From NCBI RefSeq assembly GCF_009834535.1, contig NC_045697.1, forward strand, positions 41,108,001 to 41,172,000: DNA of 64,000 bases, read 5' to 3'. The notes under the pieces are model-generated. The model was not told where the DNA came from. It saw only the letters and a list, made by a program, of their open reading frames with translations, and did no database searches. The position numbers and the translations under genes were made by a program. Position 1 is the first letter of the stretch. Every line of letters begins with the position of its first letter. Source of the stretch: Camelus ferus (lineage: Eukaryota). Of this stretch, positions 27,901 to 42,900 are shown piece after piece.

Positions 27901-30900
27901 TTATTAAGTGAAAGAAAAGTTGCCATTAGCATTTCTTATAATGTGAAACTGTCATGACATATAGTGAATATGATCACCTATGCCTCGTTGGTTGCAGACA
28001 TGAGTTCAGGTAGGACTGATCTTGTCCCAGCTCTGGGAATGGGTCAGGACTGGCTTAGACCAACTGATATATTCTTACCCCTTTGCCTCATCAGGACTGG
28101 CCCTCATCTGGGTCTAAGGCAATCAGCACACAGTCTTTGCTTTACCAGGGTGATCAGTGAGATTTGTTTGAAGATTGCTCTGGATGGTATGTTATACAGA
28201 TGTGAGGCATAAAACTGACATGGCCACTTGACTATCATGAAGGAAACACACAAACTTTACAAACCCCTGCCCATTTAGTCTGAATTACTAATTCAGAATT
28301 TTTTGGGGAGAACCTAATATCTTTTAACAGCCTGAAATGCATGTGCGCACACAAACAAAATAATTGCAGAGTACCTTGTTGCTTTCAGCACCACCGAAGG
28401 GAGTGACATGTCTAATGCTCTCTTAGCTTCTTCTAAAGTCATTCCTTGTGTGCTGACTCCATTCACATAGTGAATGATGTCCAAGAGCTGGAGATTACCC
28501 TCAGTGGCTGCGGCTGACCTTGGATTGATATCACTAACGTATACCACTTGATGAAGGCTGTCATGACCTCCAGATAAGGAAAAACCTTCAGGGAACAGAA
28601 AATATTTGTTTCCTTAGTCTTAGCAGTACTTACTTTTAATCTAGCCAAGAAAAACCACACTGCACAAAGCATGAGTCTGCATTACCCAGCTCCTCTTTGT
28701 TGCATGTAAATGCAATGTCAGGTAGCAAATGAGGCAGCACTGGCATCCTCGGTAGTTCTAAGACTCGGCCAAGAACCAATTGGACTGTCTTGGGTGCAGC
28801 TCGGAGTAAATTCACTGCATCTGTGTGAGTCATGTTTGTGACATCTGTATCATTAACCTACAAAAATGAGAAAGGGGCAAAGTAGGATTATAATTTTTGG
28901 AACCCAGAAGTTGCCAAGAAAATACAGTCATCTCTCTCACTTTTTATATAATTTATATTAGCCAGTAGGAGATTCACCATAAAGGATGGTTTCTAGTTTA
29001 TGGGTTTATCCTAGTTTATTCCCTTTACTGTGGAAATCATAAACACAATGACCAAGTAATCATAAATGAAATAATAATGTAAAATACCTAATAAATGTGT
29101 CATTATTTTGCTAATACAGAAAATTTATTCTTACAGCAATTTAAGAAACTTTCTGTCCCTGAGACTCAAGATGGCTTATTTAATGCCTTAACTGAAATTA
29201 AGCATTTTCCAAACTATTAACTATATAAAGGCCTGTACTTTTTACAAGGTGGAAACAGAGTCTTTTACTAACTCATCCTTCTTGCTTTTCATTCTTTAGC
29301 CCGGGCTTGATCTTTGGCCACATTTGCCCTAATCAAGTCTGCTTAAATGTCTCACCTTTATGAGCCGGTCCCCGGGTTTTAGCCTTCCATCACTTTTGGC
29401 TGGATCCTGAATGACATCATGAACGTAACAACCAATACTCTGATTGCCTTTGGTCACTGTAAAACCCAGGCTTCCTTTTTCTGACTTAATCAGGGTAATG
29501 AGGAGTTCTACCTCCTAAGGGAAGAAAACAGTGATTCTTTTAGGTTGTCTATTTTGCTGTATAGGCAAAGAGAAAGATAACTATAATTTCCATTGATTAA
29601 CAGAGGACACTAAACCTTAGAAGGTTACTTAACCCAACGAAGTGAAGGAGGTAGGTATATCCAAGCTCTAGACAGACACCCACCCCCACCCCCTGCCCAT
29701 GTTAAAGCTGGGTTTAAATTCAACATGTGTTTGTCTAGAGATGGCTGAGACAGAACTTACTCATGCTTCAGTTCAGAATAATGAGATATAAACATCCATG
29801 CCAAGAGCAACAAAAGATTTTTTTGGGGTAAAAACATGAAGTCTGGGTGATTAAGTATCACAACTTGATATATTTAGTTGTGTAAAAAAATATTTTTTAA
29901 GATTTCAACTGAGACATAAAGGTTGCTTACAGCTTACAGGAGAGATGACAGGTTTCTAAGAAAATTACTCAAAGATTATTTTCACTCTATTGCTAAGAGT
30001 GAAATTGAAGAGGTAGATGCTACACACATTCACACACACACACATACACACACAATTATAGGGAAACAAAGTATCTGGAAAGATTAACTCCAAAATGCTT
30101 ATGGTTTTTACGTGATGAGATTGTAAATGGTTTTAAATTTTTTCTTTGTTTTCTAATTTTCCTCCAATAAATATTTATTATTTAGATAGTAAAAAGCAGT
30201 ATTGAAAAAGCATGACTTTGAACCAGTGTTAAGGATATTATTCTTGGAAATTTGGCTTTCAAACTGAATTTGTAGGTTTTGAAGTTTTAAGATTATTAGT
30301 ACAATGAAAAGCATTCCATTTAGACATCCACAAAAAAAGTGTGGAGGAGGACAAAATTACATTCAAACTTGATTAAAAATTAAACAGGTAATCATCAGAA
30401 TTTGGGAAACAGCAGGTACTATATTATGTGCTCCACACATGTAATTTCATTTAATCCTCACCACAATCCTATGAGGTTATCAGTCCCACTTTATAGCTAA
30501 AACTGCTAAGACTCAGAAGAATTAAGTAATTTGCCCACGGGCACCTGCCAAACTGCAGCATGTCAGTGGTAGAGTCAGAATTTATACCCGGGTTTTTTTG
30601 CCTTTTCCCCTAATTCTCAGCAGAGACATACCAGATAGTATTATCTACTTACTGGACACAGAAATGAGGCTGATCTGAAAGATACCCTTTTCCCTGAAGG
30701 GAAATTGTGTGTGACTACATTTGACTTGAGAAAATATAGAATTTGCTTCATACAAAGGAAACAACTCACGAGCTCAAAGTCTTCAAGGTGGTTTTCCAAG
30801 TCATTTTTCAAAGATGTCAAGCTTTCTTGCCTAGCTGGCTCAGAAGTGTGACGTATCTGGTATCTATCCCCTGCATTAGTGGAAGCAGATCCCAACTGGG

Positions 30901-33900
30901 GTTGACAACCCTGCGCAGGAGCTCCCCCTGGGGGCCGAGGGGAAGGAGGAGCACTATGGAGACAAAGCAAGATTACTTTGAAATACACGGCAGTGTCAAT
31001 ATAGTAAGTTTGTGGCACAAACAGAAAAGGCTTAACAGATATCTATATCTGCTTTTGACTGAGATCCTAGCTACTTTCTGTCTGATTCTGGACTATGAAT
31101 TTATCTCACATCTGTTATGTGCTAACATTACTGGTTTTTATTTTCTGTCCAGCTCTTTAAGCTGCATAAATTGGTAAGAAAAGTTAAATAAATATACTTC
31201 TGACTCTTAGTTGTTAATTCAAGGCTGAAGCTAATGTTATCAGAAGCCTAATGTGTGTTTCAGCATAGTAAGAAAAAGAAAAATTAAGAAAAGAATGAAA
31301 GTCTGACTCCTGTAGTTATTTTGGATGACACAATAGGGGGAAGAAACCCTCCCCAAACTGAACAAATACAGATGGACCTCAATATATACAAAGTTGTAAT
31401 CAAACCATAAAATGTATGAATAAGCATCACAGGTATAGATGTAGTCTTTCCTTTTGTATTCATCTATGCTTTCAATCATTTCTTCTGTGCTCTTTTACGT
31501 CCTACCTTTTGCAAACTCTCTACCTCTTCCCTCCCTCCCGCTTCCTTTGTATTTCTACTCCCTAATCTCCCATCCCACCACTATCTAAACAGGTCTTTTC
31601 TCTTTCTGCTAAGAAATATGAATCATGGTGAAATACAAAAAACTTCCCTAATTACTAGTAAATATGCTCAAGAGAGCAGCACGGTTCAGGTCAAATGGCT
31701 GAAGAGTTTACCAGGGTTTGCTGACTAAAACTATCAGACCCAATGGCTAGATATCCAATAGAATCATCTTCTGCCTAACACTTGTGAAGTTCACATACAG
31801 ACACATTTCATTCTTAGTGAAATGTAGGTTGTTGCTCATGTTACTAACAACAACTAGCTGCTTTGAGTGCTACACATAAGATTGACAATACCTGTCCTCA
31901 GGTTCTGGTTTATTAGGTATTTTCTGAGGATAGTAAAACATGGTGCAAATGGTGTCTTCTCGACTCCTGAGTGCTTCATGTTGACTGTGTGCCTGTGACA
32001 CCATGTTGTTTAGAGTCTGATGCAAAGCTGAACTCCAGCTCAGGTTTGGTATCTTTGCTGGAGCTTTCACAAGGTCGTCTTCTCCACTCCCACTGCTGTC
32101 GCTGTAGCTGTCTCTCCTGGATGGGGATGCGCACGGTTTCTTGCTTTTGTCAGACATTTCATTTTCATCTGAGCTGGTGCCTTGCTCCACACAGGCTGGG
32201 TGAGGAGGGTCTTTGGTGTTGTTTGGAGGTCCTTGTGCTGGAGAGTGCAGTGGGGTCTGGAACGGACACATTTAAAGAGATCAGGGTGTGACAACTTATA
32301 TTAACTTTGGAACACTTAATTGAAAATGCACATGTTAAACAACAGCACTTCCTACTAAAATATTCAATTAATTTTTTGATAATAAAAATAAGTTATGCTC
32401 ATTAGAGGAAATAATAATCTATAAAAGCAGTAACTGTTAATATTGTACAACTTGTACTTTCATTCAGAGTTACAGTATATATTGCACTTTGTATCCTGCT
32501 TGCAAAATTTAGATTTCTACCATGAGTATTTTCTGAGATCCTTAAATATACTTTGAAAACAACTGCATAAAACTGTATAATAATCTTACAGACGGCTATA
32601 CCTTTAATTTATTTCAGAATTTTCCTTTTATTTGATACAGAGTTGTTTCTAGTTTTTCACTATTAATAGAAATCTAGGAGAACTTCTTTATATGTAGATT
32701 TTCACCTGAGTTTCTCATTGTTTCCTTGTAATTTTCTATAATAGAAATAGAATTTTCTATAATCAGCACATAGGATGTTTTTAAAGGCCTTGTTAAATAT
32801 ATCCAGATTGCTTTCCAGGAAGATTATATCAATTTATACACTCATCAAGAAAGTTCTTCCTATCTGGTGCCCAAAATCAATGTAGTCTCTTAAAATGCTA
32901 TTTATAATGCACCTGACAGAAATGTTACTTTCCTATTAATGTCCTTATAGTACTACCTGCCTCTCCCTGACAGTGAGGTTAAAGTTTCCGGGGACAGACA
33001 CTCCTGCCTTTCACACCCAGGGATCATGTTCATTGGTAACAGAACACTATTTTAAGTAGATGGGCCAAAGGCTCTTTCAATTAGATGATTATTCATCTAT
33101 GTATGGATTCTTACTTATTAGTATGCAATTTATAATTAACTACCAAAATAGATGTTGGATCCTTTTAGCTATTCCTTAACATAAGAAAGGGAAATGGACA
33201 GATTGTTTATTATGTGATTTCCAGTATTAAAAATGAAGGCAAAAAATCTTTTTCTTTTTTTTCAGGGGGAAGGTAATTATGTTTATTTATTTGGTTTTTC
33301 AATGGAGGTACTGGGGATTGAACCCAGGACCTCATGCATGCTAAGCATGCACTCTACCACTTGAGCTATACCCCGCCCCCCCCAATCTTAAATAATTCTT
33401 ATTTTCATCTAAACTAGCTCAGAATGAGAATTACATTTCTGAGTCTGGCTCAACGAAGAAATGGACAAAAGATTTTTGTAACCATTGTTTTATGTCTTTT
33501 TCTATTTACATTTGGAATATAAATTCCTAAAATCCTAGAATCCTAGAATTCTAAAGTTGGAAGGGAGAGAAGAGAAAGTGAATTGAATTACCTTATATTA
33601 CAAACACAGAATGTACTAAGAGGTTATGTGACCCACTCAAGATAATACCCCTAGCTAAACAAGCAACTGGGGTGAAACCCAGGAAATCAATCAATGATGA
33701 AACCACTATAGCTGAAGTAATCACTCAAATGACACTCTACACAAATGTAAGTTACGTCTCATAAGTCTCACCAGAAGAGCAGGATCGATTTCCGGTAGCA
33801 CACCAGGTGGAGGTCTGCAGAGAAGTAAGGATACTTCTGGAGATGTTCCCCTGAGAGCGGATATGACTTCCTGGGGGTACCATGAATGACAAATGAAGAT

Positions 33901-36900
33901 ACAGTTAAACAGCATTATGAAATCATTCTCAAAGGCCAATCCATCCCATTAAAAATGCTACATTCCATATGCTGGGGGCTCACCTGCTGAGACAGTCCTT
34001 TCAAAGAGGCTCCGTTCACTTTCAAGATAACATCTCCCACATCTATTTTTCCACTTTCTGCTGCTGGCTGTCCAGGAAAGAGTTTTTTAACCCTTACTAT
34101 GCTGGTATTCATTTGTTCAGGTATAAGGTTATCTTCTCGAGAAAAACTGAATCCGAGCCCTGAGCTGTTTTTAAACAATTTCACCTCAAATGTGTTCTCT
34201 GGAGAAAAAAAGATATCCAAAAAATTTAAATATTTTTAATGTGTTGTGTATACATATGAATATATACACATATATACTCAGATACATTTTAAAAAGCCCA
34301 TTTCCACTCTATTTACAACTTTATATGTACTTGCTGTACCCTTATTCTACATTCAAATCCTACTTCATACTCTTTATCATTAAGAAAATTTAGTTTCAAA
34401 AGAAACTAAAAGAATAACCAAGAAAGGATGAAAAACACATATTTAAAGAAAGAGCAACGGAAGAAATAAAGGACATGGGGCAGTAGGACAGAGTGGATAA
34501 GCAGATTTTATTTTCATAATCAGCAAAGATAACATAGGTTGGGTTGTATTTTCTCCTTATTTGAGGGACTAATTCAGCGCTATTAACATTTGTATAATGA
34601 TATAAAAATTTGAAATAAAAGCAAAACAATGACTATATACCACCACCAAGGACATTAATGCTCCTCAAAAGGAAGACAGATGGACTCTTAGAGTAAAAGA
34701 CACTTCTGTATTATCAACAAATTTAGCCTTATGAAAAACTCACTTCTACATCAGTCTTAATTTTCTGATTTGACTACCAGTTAGTGGTAGGTATATCCAA
34801 AGGCTGGCAAAGTTTGCAAGAAAGATCAGTATCTGTGAACTATTAGGTGAATTTCTACCCCGGGTTAGCTTCACAAGTCCATGAAATTTAACAGACAAAT
34901 AGAAAATGTAAAAGCCAAGGTTTCATGTGGGTTTGAAGCCATTCTAGGCAATTATTTGTATTTATTTTTTTCCCTTACAAATTTTATTTTGAATTTTACA
35001 ACTATTTAAGGCACTATTAAATGTCTATAATTTGATTCATGTATGATTTCATTATCCAAAGCCTTTCAGACTTTAAGAACTTAAAATGTGTCTGTTTCTT
35101 AAAACAAAAAAAAGGGAGGGGAGAAGATATAGGTCAGTGGTTCAGTGCCTGCCTAGCATGCACGAAGTCCTAGGTTCAATCTCAAGTACCTCTATTAACA
35201 ATAAATAAATGAATAAACCCAGTTACCCCCCACCAAAGAAAACAAATTAAAAATAATTCAGTATAGTGCTGCATCAGATTATTATTTACACTTGACAAGA
35301 ATAATTAAAGACACCCAGGCATGAATTGTGATCCAACATGTAAAACTCGTTTTGAATAATCCAGGAATAAGTTTAGGGTAAGATGACAGGCTCCCACGGT
35401 CTGACCTTCAGTAACAAAGCTGTAATCTTTGACAAGCGTTATTTTCTTCGTCATGTTTTCTAGGGCTGGGCCTTGGGCATCTGGATCTGAAAGGGTGCAC
35501 TGTGGGGTTACGGGGACATGTTCTTTGGATGCTGGAGATTGTCCCTTTTCTAACAACAGATGAACCACCTGGACAAATAGAAGAGCACTTCATTAGCTAT
35601 GAAGAATCATAAGAAAGTAGGTAAGTTTTCAGGACTTTGTACAGTTGAGGGTACAAAATCATTTAAGGTAACTACCTGGTCCACCAAAACACAGATGGAG
35701 AAAAAAACAGAGCAACAAAAGCAAGGGATTGAGAATTTCAAAATTAAGTTTTTATTATTTTCTGTATGAAAAGATAAATGGTTAGAAAGAAAAAATTCTA
35801 TTATAAAAATAATATAACCATGTTAGAGAAAATTAGGGTATTAGGATAAAATCAGCACTACCCTTATAAAGACCATTATAAATAATTTGGTAAACATCTT
35901 AAATCAAAATGTATTAGAGCAATGTGAATTTAGACTTTGGGCTGAAGGATAACTAGAAATGAAAACCACTAGATGTCTGTAAATGTTTAAGAGAAGAATT
36001 ATAAATGCAATCCATCCCCCTCCTCCTGTCAGATCTCTGGATATTAAAGGCTAATGTGAAATAGAAAGTCAGCTTCCTCAATGAAAATCCCTGTCATAAT
36101 ACTCACTTCCAAAATGTAAGAAAAACAATACGAGAATGTTTCCATGAGTCAGGCTTTGTTTCTTGACTAACAAATCTGGAGATCTCAGTGAAACTGGTAT
36201 TATTCGCACATTATTACATTCTGCTAAGGGATCTTAAAAGGGTGGTATAAGGATCTATTACCTGTCCTGTGTTTCTCAGGGTTTCCACAGCTTGCTTGTG
36301 AGTAGCTCCTTCCAGACTAACTCCATTGACAGCGAGGACACGATCACCTATAAATTAGGCAGTAATGTTGAAAGAAGCAAATCATAAAATGAAGATTTTA
36401 CATGCTCTTTAATATCTTGTGGTCTTGTTTTGTACTCATTTGCTCGAGGAGAGACAAATTCTTGACAAAACCGTGTCACAGAGTTTCTTTAATACATATT
36501 TAATTTCTTTCCCAATTCTACGGCTCATCCTAGGTACCTTTTAGAAGAAGGTATTATAAATAGTATAAAACCAATTTAAATCATGGAAAAAAGATAAGCT
36601 GTACTACAAATGCAGAGAGACTGGAGGGAACTAACCTAGTTAGTTCTTACTGGGCTGCAGATGTCAGCGCTTTGGCCAGGGCACTATCCCTTTCCCGTTT
36701 TGCTTCTTAGAAAGTACAAGACATGAACTAAAACACTGCAGATATTTTCTGATACTAGAGAATAAGCTAGAAAGAAGAGTTTTAGGAATTACATCAAGGA
36801 GCTTTTTAATGCTGCAGTCCTAATTGGTATATTCTTATTTTATATTATGAATCATTTGAAGGTCTGTATCGACATTCCAGTTTCTTCTGTACTTGTTGAA

Positions 36901-39900
36901 GTGATGATCCTGCATGTAATTCCCTTTATGTAATTACACACACAAACACTCTACCTTTGTGAATTCTGCCATCGGACTCTGCTGCTCCCTTGGGAATAAC
37001 AGCTTTCACATAAATGCCACCATGTCTGACACTGGTATTCACACCTCCCTAAGTGGAAAAAGACAGAATAACATTTTGTAATGTGAAAAATGTCACACTT
37101 TATCTTTCAAATCTGAGACCTAGAAAGCATTCAATTTATCAAAGCCAAAAGCAGCAGAATCATATTAGCACATGTAATTACTGTAATTCCCATGAATATT
37201 TCTAGCTAAGTTTTCCAAATGTTAAAGCAATTACTTTTTAGGAAAACTCTTTATTCAGAAAATAACAACACGGCAGATCTTGAGTTGCTTTTCCTTTTTT
37301 AACCCTATACCATGCATTAGGCACAAGCAGAAAGCAAAATCCATCCATGCAAAATTAGTTTGCAAATAGAACTGTCAGAAAAAAACAACAGCATATGAAA
37401 TAAAATATTTCAAGTCATATTTGCTAATCTGAAAGCAAATCTCATGAGTCAAGGAAAAATTGTCTTAGAGTTATGGTATTTTAAAAACTGCTAGAAAATT
37501 AGTTTTTCGTTTTGGTCTTTATATGTTAATAGTGCTGTTTCTGCGTTATTTCTAAATGGCTTTTTATAACTAACAATATCCTTCAAATGTCATAAATGAT
37601 AATGTTCTACTTTAGGGTAAAATATATTCACTAACAGAATTCTAAAGTAATTTCACCAAATAGCTGATGCTTATATTTCAACTACTTTAAAAGTACTACA
37701 TATATTCTTGGGAACCTCTAATTTTAAGATACTAATCATATTTATAAGATGTATTACAAAGAGAAAGGGCATATAAATATACATTCGACTTTAATTATTT
37801 ATGATGTAGGTTAAAATGTATTATTCCATGCTTATGCAGAAGCTGTCAAATGTATACAAAGCATACTTATTAATTTTATAATTTTATATTTTCTGAGTCT
37901 TGTATTCAGATTAAGCAAGTATGAAAACTATGGAGGAAAAAAATAGCATTTGTCTAATTTCTTTCAAACCACAGGAAAAAGTGACCAGCACACTTAAGTT
38001 TTCAGAAAAAGTTTTAAGTTATAATTCAATGTTTAATTTTGGGAATATTTGACAAGTTTCCCTTTTGAAGCAAAATTATTCAGTGAATAAACTGGCACAC
38101 AATAGGCTGCTGGAAATGGAGAAGAGAAAACATTTGAAAACCTTGTCAAACAGTACCGTGACACTTATCCCCAAGCTGTTATTATTTTTAGCCAGTTCAA
38201 CCTCAAAGATATCTCCAGGTTTAGGAGGTGATGATGGAAAAGTTTTAAAATTCATTTTGTTGGATGTATTCATTGAGGAGGAAGATTCCTTAACAAAGAA
38301 AAACAAACAGAAGGATTTCTTGTTAGAGTCAAACTGAATTATTAATGGAAGATCAATATGTGTTTTTTGGAAAAATTAAGAAAAAACAAGATATTAAGAC
38401 TGGATTCAAAGATCATGAGGGTTGGAAGCAATCTTAGGGATCATCTAATCCAATGACTTCACAGTTTATGGTTGAGGAATTTGAGGTCTAGAGATTAAAG
38501 GGTTTGCTTTAGGTCAAACGTTTATGGCAGAGGGAAGCCCAGAAAACAGCTCAACTCTGGCATTCACACTATCCTCATCCAATGCTTTTTATACACTCAA
38601 ATTTAAAGTATTCCATTTGCTTTAAAAATCAATATATATCAAACAACAGCTTTTAACTTGGGCCTTTAAGGTGAGAAGCCTTCATGTTTACTTTGCTAAT
38701 GTTTATAAATCCAGTATAAACATAGGCACAACAGCTAAGCCCCGTTTATAAGGGCATAACTCTCTTACGAGGAGGAATGCTGGCTTTTCAGTTAACAAAG
38801 GGTTTAAGGTCCTCTTCTGAATCTGCTTGTGAATATGAGTTCAAACTTACATCATTTCTAAAATTTCTAGGAAACGAGCAATTTTCTATGTTGTCCTTAT
38901 GATCATACATTCAGAACTTCAGAAGAGTAGGCCATCAATAGTAAAGTCAACCTCCCACTATATGAATTATTTAGGAACAATTTTTTTCAGATATTAAATT
39001 CTCTTATTAATATAAATAGTAAGTATGAAAGAGATAAACAATTTGTAGAAAACAATCATAATCATTGCTTTGTGTAATCACATAGCCAAGTTCCCAGAAT
39101 AATAGCCATTTTGGAGTTAGTATTTGAAGCTGCTAATTTCTCTGAAAGTTAGCATCAAATGCAGCAGTAGTTAGTAGCAATGTATAAACGATTCCTCCTT
39201 TCCAGAATAATGTACTCAGTTTAGAGTGGATTATTCTGCTCTGTAATATATTTGCTGTTCTTTGCTTTGTTAAATCAAAAAAAAAAAAAAGACTCAAATT
39301 AAACGATGCCTTTTTTAGGGTGTGATGATCCTGACTGCTGGAGTAAGTGGCTTCATCCATGTCGGAATCTCCACGATCAGAGTGATCCGCTGCGTCAGAT
39401 AGGCTGGTGTTTTTAGCTTTGCTTCGGTTACTGTCAGTAGAAGTCCGCTTTTTCTCAGTGGCTTTGGATACTACAGATGGGGAAGGGCTGCCATGCTGTG
39501 ATTCCTGCCAGCTTCGGTCACCTACATGGCTGGCAAAGAAACCATTGACCTGGCTCTGGGACAAGCTGGCACTCTCAGTCCTGGAATCTTGAGAACTCAG
39601 GCTTCCTTCCCGCAGGCCCCCAGACAGCACAAATGAGCTCTCTGAGATGTGCCTCGGGGTGCCATGTTGCCAGCAGTGATCCTCAGAAGAATCTACAGCA
39701 CTGTCTTGCATGTGAGAAGGTTTCTTCATGTAGTTTTTCATGCCATTGGCAATGCGCACAGGGGTAGAAGGCACTAAAAAGTCAAAATCCACCAATGAGT
39801 AAAACAGATTAGTGACACACGTCTGTGCTTATATTCACACACAATGTTCCCTGATGATCGTTGAAAAGATTTTACACAGGATAACACATGCACAACACCT

Positions 39901-42900
39901 GACCCGGGGCCTGGAACCATGACAAGGACCCAACAGATGTAGCACATGCTTTCTGTTTCCTTGGCTCCCTCTTTTGGTCATTCTTTCTGCAACTTCTAAT
40001 GAAATGCACACCCCCTTAGCCTTAACTCCCCATTTTCATTCTCTAAGACCTATTTCAAGTGAGTCCCCTGTGAAGACTTTCTTAATTCCCTAACTAGAGA
40101 TAATCTAAGTCTCCAAAAATCCTTGACCCTTATTTAATGGTTATTTATATACTTGTTTTATATTGTCCTACCAGACTGCAATTTTGGTCTCCAAGGAATT
40201 ATCAAGGACGGCAACTCCATACTCCTTACGTACACAGTTCTTTAAAAAAGCCACTTGGGGACACTCTCCTAAGACACAAACCACAGGTGATATGTGTAAA
40301 AGAATTTACACACTGCAAATTTATTAAAATGAAGAGCTTTAAATGGCAAGCAAAACCAAGGAAAACTTAAATAATATACACAGAGTTCCTAGATGTCAAT
40401 AACGAAGTGTACAGTGTTAGGCAGTGAGACAGAGTCTGACCCCAGACTCTGAGCCCTTCCCACTGGCCGCTGCACTGCACGTCCCATGTGTACTTCTTTC
40501 AAACACTGCCCCCAACTTGATCCTCATGACAACACTGTGCAAGACAGACAAGGCAGGGCTGAGGTCACGGTATCCTCTTAAAGAAAGAAAAATAACCATA
40601 GCTCAAGAGAACTTAAGTCATATAGCTAATAAGTGGCCCAGGCATGGCTCAAACTCAAGTCATCTGATCACTGTCAAGTGTCGTTTTTCCAACAACATGC
40701 TAATGGCAGGGATTATGAGACAAAATGATATGGGTCTTGCTTTTAAATTTCTGGTATACTGGTACCCTTTCCTTTTATAATTGGGTTCAGGCCAGGACTT
40801 CAAAGATAATGATTATATAACTATATTAATTAGGCAATGATTAAGAATTTTATTTCTGATTTGGCCTAAGAAGTGATGGAATGCACTGACTATTCAAAAT
40901 TTACTGAAGTGACATTGATTTTGCACAACAAATCCATTTTTATGCGTATGTTACTAAAGAGGAATGAGACAGAATCCTAGAAGTGATGAATGAAAGGTTA
41001 TACCAATGTATAGAATTAAAGCAATCAGAACTGCACATACCACATTTCCTGAAAGAATATAAGAAGCTTAAACCCAATTTATTGTCCAAGGTATTGAAGT
41101 TCTTGTGGAAAGTGAGATAGAACATACAGCTAAGAGACAGTCACAACATTACCTTTGGATATCTTTTCTTTTGGCTGAGAGATAACAAGTGTCACGTCTT
41201 CGGGTGCATTTTGCAAAATTTCAATTGCAGCATGGTGGCTGACCCCTTCCAGACTGACACTATTCACAGATATCAAACGGTCTCCTGTAACAACAGACAG
41301 TCCAGTATTTTCAACAACAAAGAGAAATTCACGCTAAATCTTAGAAATGTCACCTCCCCTTCATTATTTTTGTTTTGCCGAAGTTCTACTTTCACTGTCT
41401 TGCAAATTCATGCCTGTCAGTAAGTATCTAGAAATTTCCTAAATTTAAAGTACCTGGCTTTAAGCACCCATCCAAGTCAGCTGGTCCTCCAGGGGTGATT
41501 GAACTAATAAATACACCGAGATCCAGTCTTCCCATCTTCTCTCCACCAATAATTTGAAATCCTGTGAAACAGCACATTTTAAAAAGATCTTCACGGGGAG
41601 AGGTAACATAGGGATAGGAGGTTATGACGTACAAACTGGTATATATAAAATAAATAAGCTACAAGAATATACGGTACAGCATAGGAACATAGCCAGTATT
41701 TTATAACTATAAGTGGAGTATAACCTTTAAAAATTATGAATCATCACAGTGAAAAAAAATGTGACAATGAATATATGTATGTTCATGTATAACTGAAAAA
41801 TTGTGCTCTACACTGGAATTTGACACAACATTGTAAAGTGACTATAACTCAATAAAAGAATGTTTAAAAAAATTGTGAATCACTATGTTATATACCTGGA
41901 ACTTATGTATTGTTGTAAATCAACTATACCTCAATAAAAAATAAGTAAAAAAAAAAAAAAAAAAAAGATCTTCGTGCTATTGGTGCTTTCAAGGACTAAT
42001 GACTACCCTGCTTGAGACACAGATGTGTAGACTCGTATCAAACACGATTTAGTAGGTAATGCTTGTGAGATGGGACTTAAATTTGGTGGAAATATTGCTT
42101 GTAAGCATTTCATCTTTGGCATTTCCTGGCTGGCCGTGTGGGTTTAGGGGATGCAGATGGGCAGAGTGGGCCTGGTGCCTCAACGCCAACGCTACACGAT
42201 CCACTTTTTCTCTTTCAATTCTCAGATCTTTAACAATCTTAGTGACTTACCTAAGCCATACTTTGCATCTTTTTTCAGGTTCACCAGGGTGATCTCCCTT
42301 TCTGGTGAAGACACTATGCTCCATCTTTTGTGTAGCACATCTATTGGAAATGAACAATTTTAAGACAAAGTAAACATAATATACTTAGGCATTGACACTG
42401 CTCATTTCAATTTAAATAACAGCTCATTAATGGATTGCTGCATCACTTTAACATTATATTTTAAATAATATAATGCCATTATTTTATATTTTGATAGTGA
42501 TTTATAGTTTACCAAATGACTATATGCTATCATATTTATTCGTTATAAATAGTAACTTGTGAAATGAGTATATTTCAGTTACAAATGAGTAAATAAATCT
42601 TGAGGTTAAATGATTTGCGCAGGTTTCCTCAGCTAGTACAGGCAAGAGGTGAATCCTAAACTACGGTGGTCAGACCCCATGTCTTTGTTACAACAGAGTT
42701 GATGTCATGAATTTGACAACACTCAATATGTTAAGAATTTCCCACTGAGGGGGAGGGTATAGCTCAGTGGTAGAGTGCCCGCCTAGCATATAGGCCAGGA
42801 CCTTCCTTAAAACAAATAAATAAATAAACCTAGGCACCCTCCTCCCTGAAAAAAGGGGAAAAAAAAAGAATTCCCCACTAATAAGTGGCTGGCACTTCTA

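Noticed and set aside
30743..32291. Plus-strand ORFs of 144 aa and 106 aa
   Set aside because: Antisense shadows of real PTPN13 exons, with no independent coding signal.
42747..42800. tRNA-like sequence with an A box (also in the other five copies)
   Set aside because: These are SINE heads with A-rich tails and TSDs, not cloverleaf tRNA genes.
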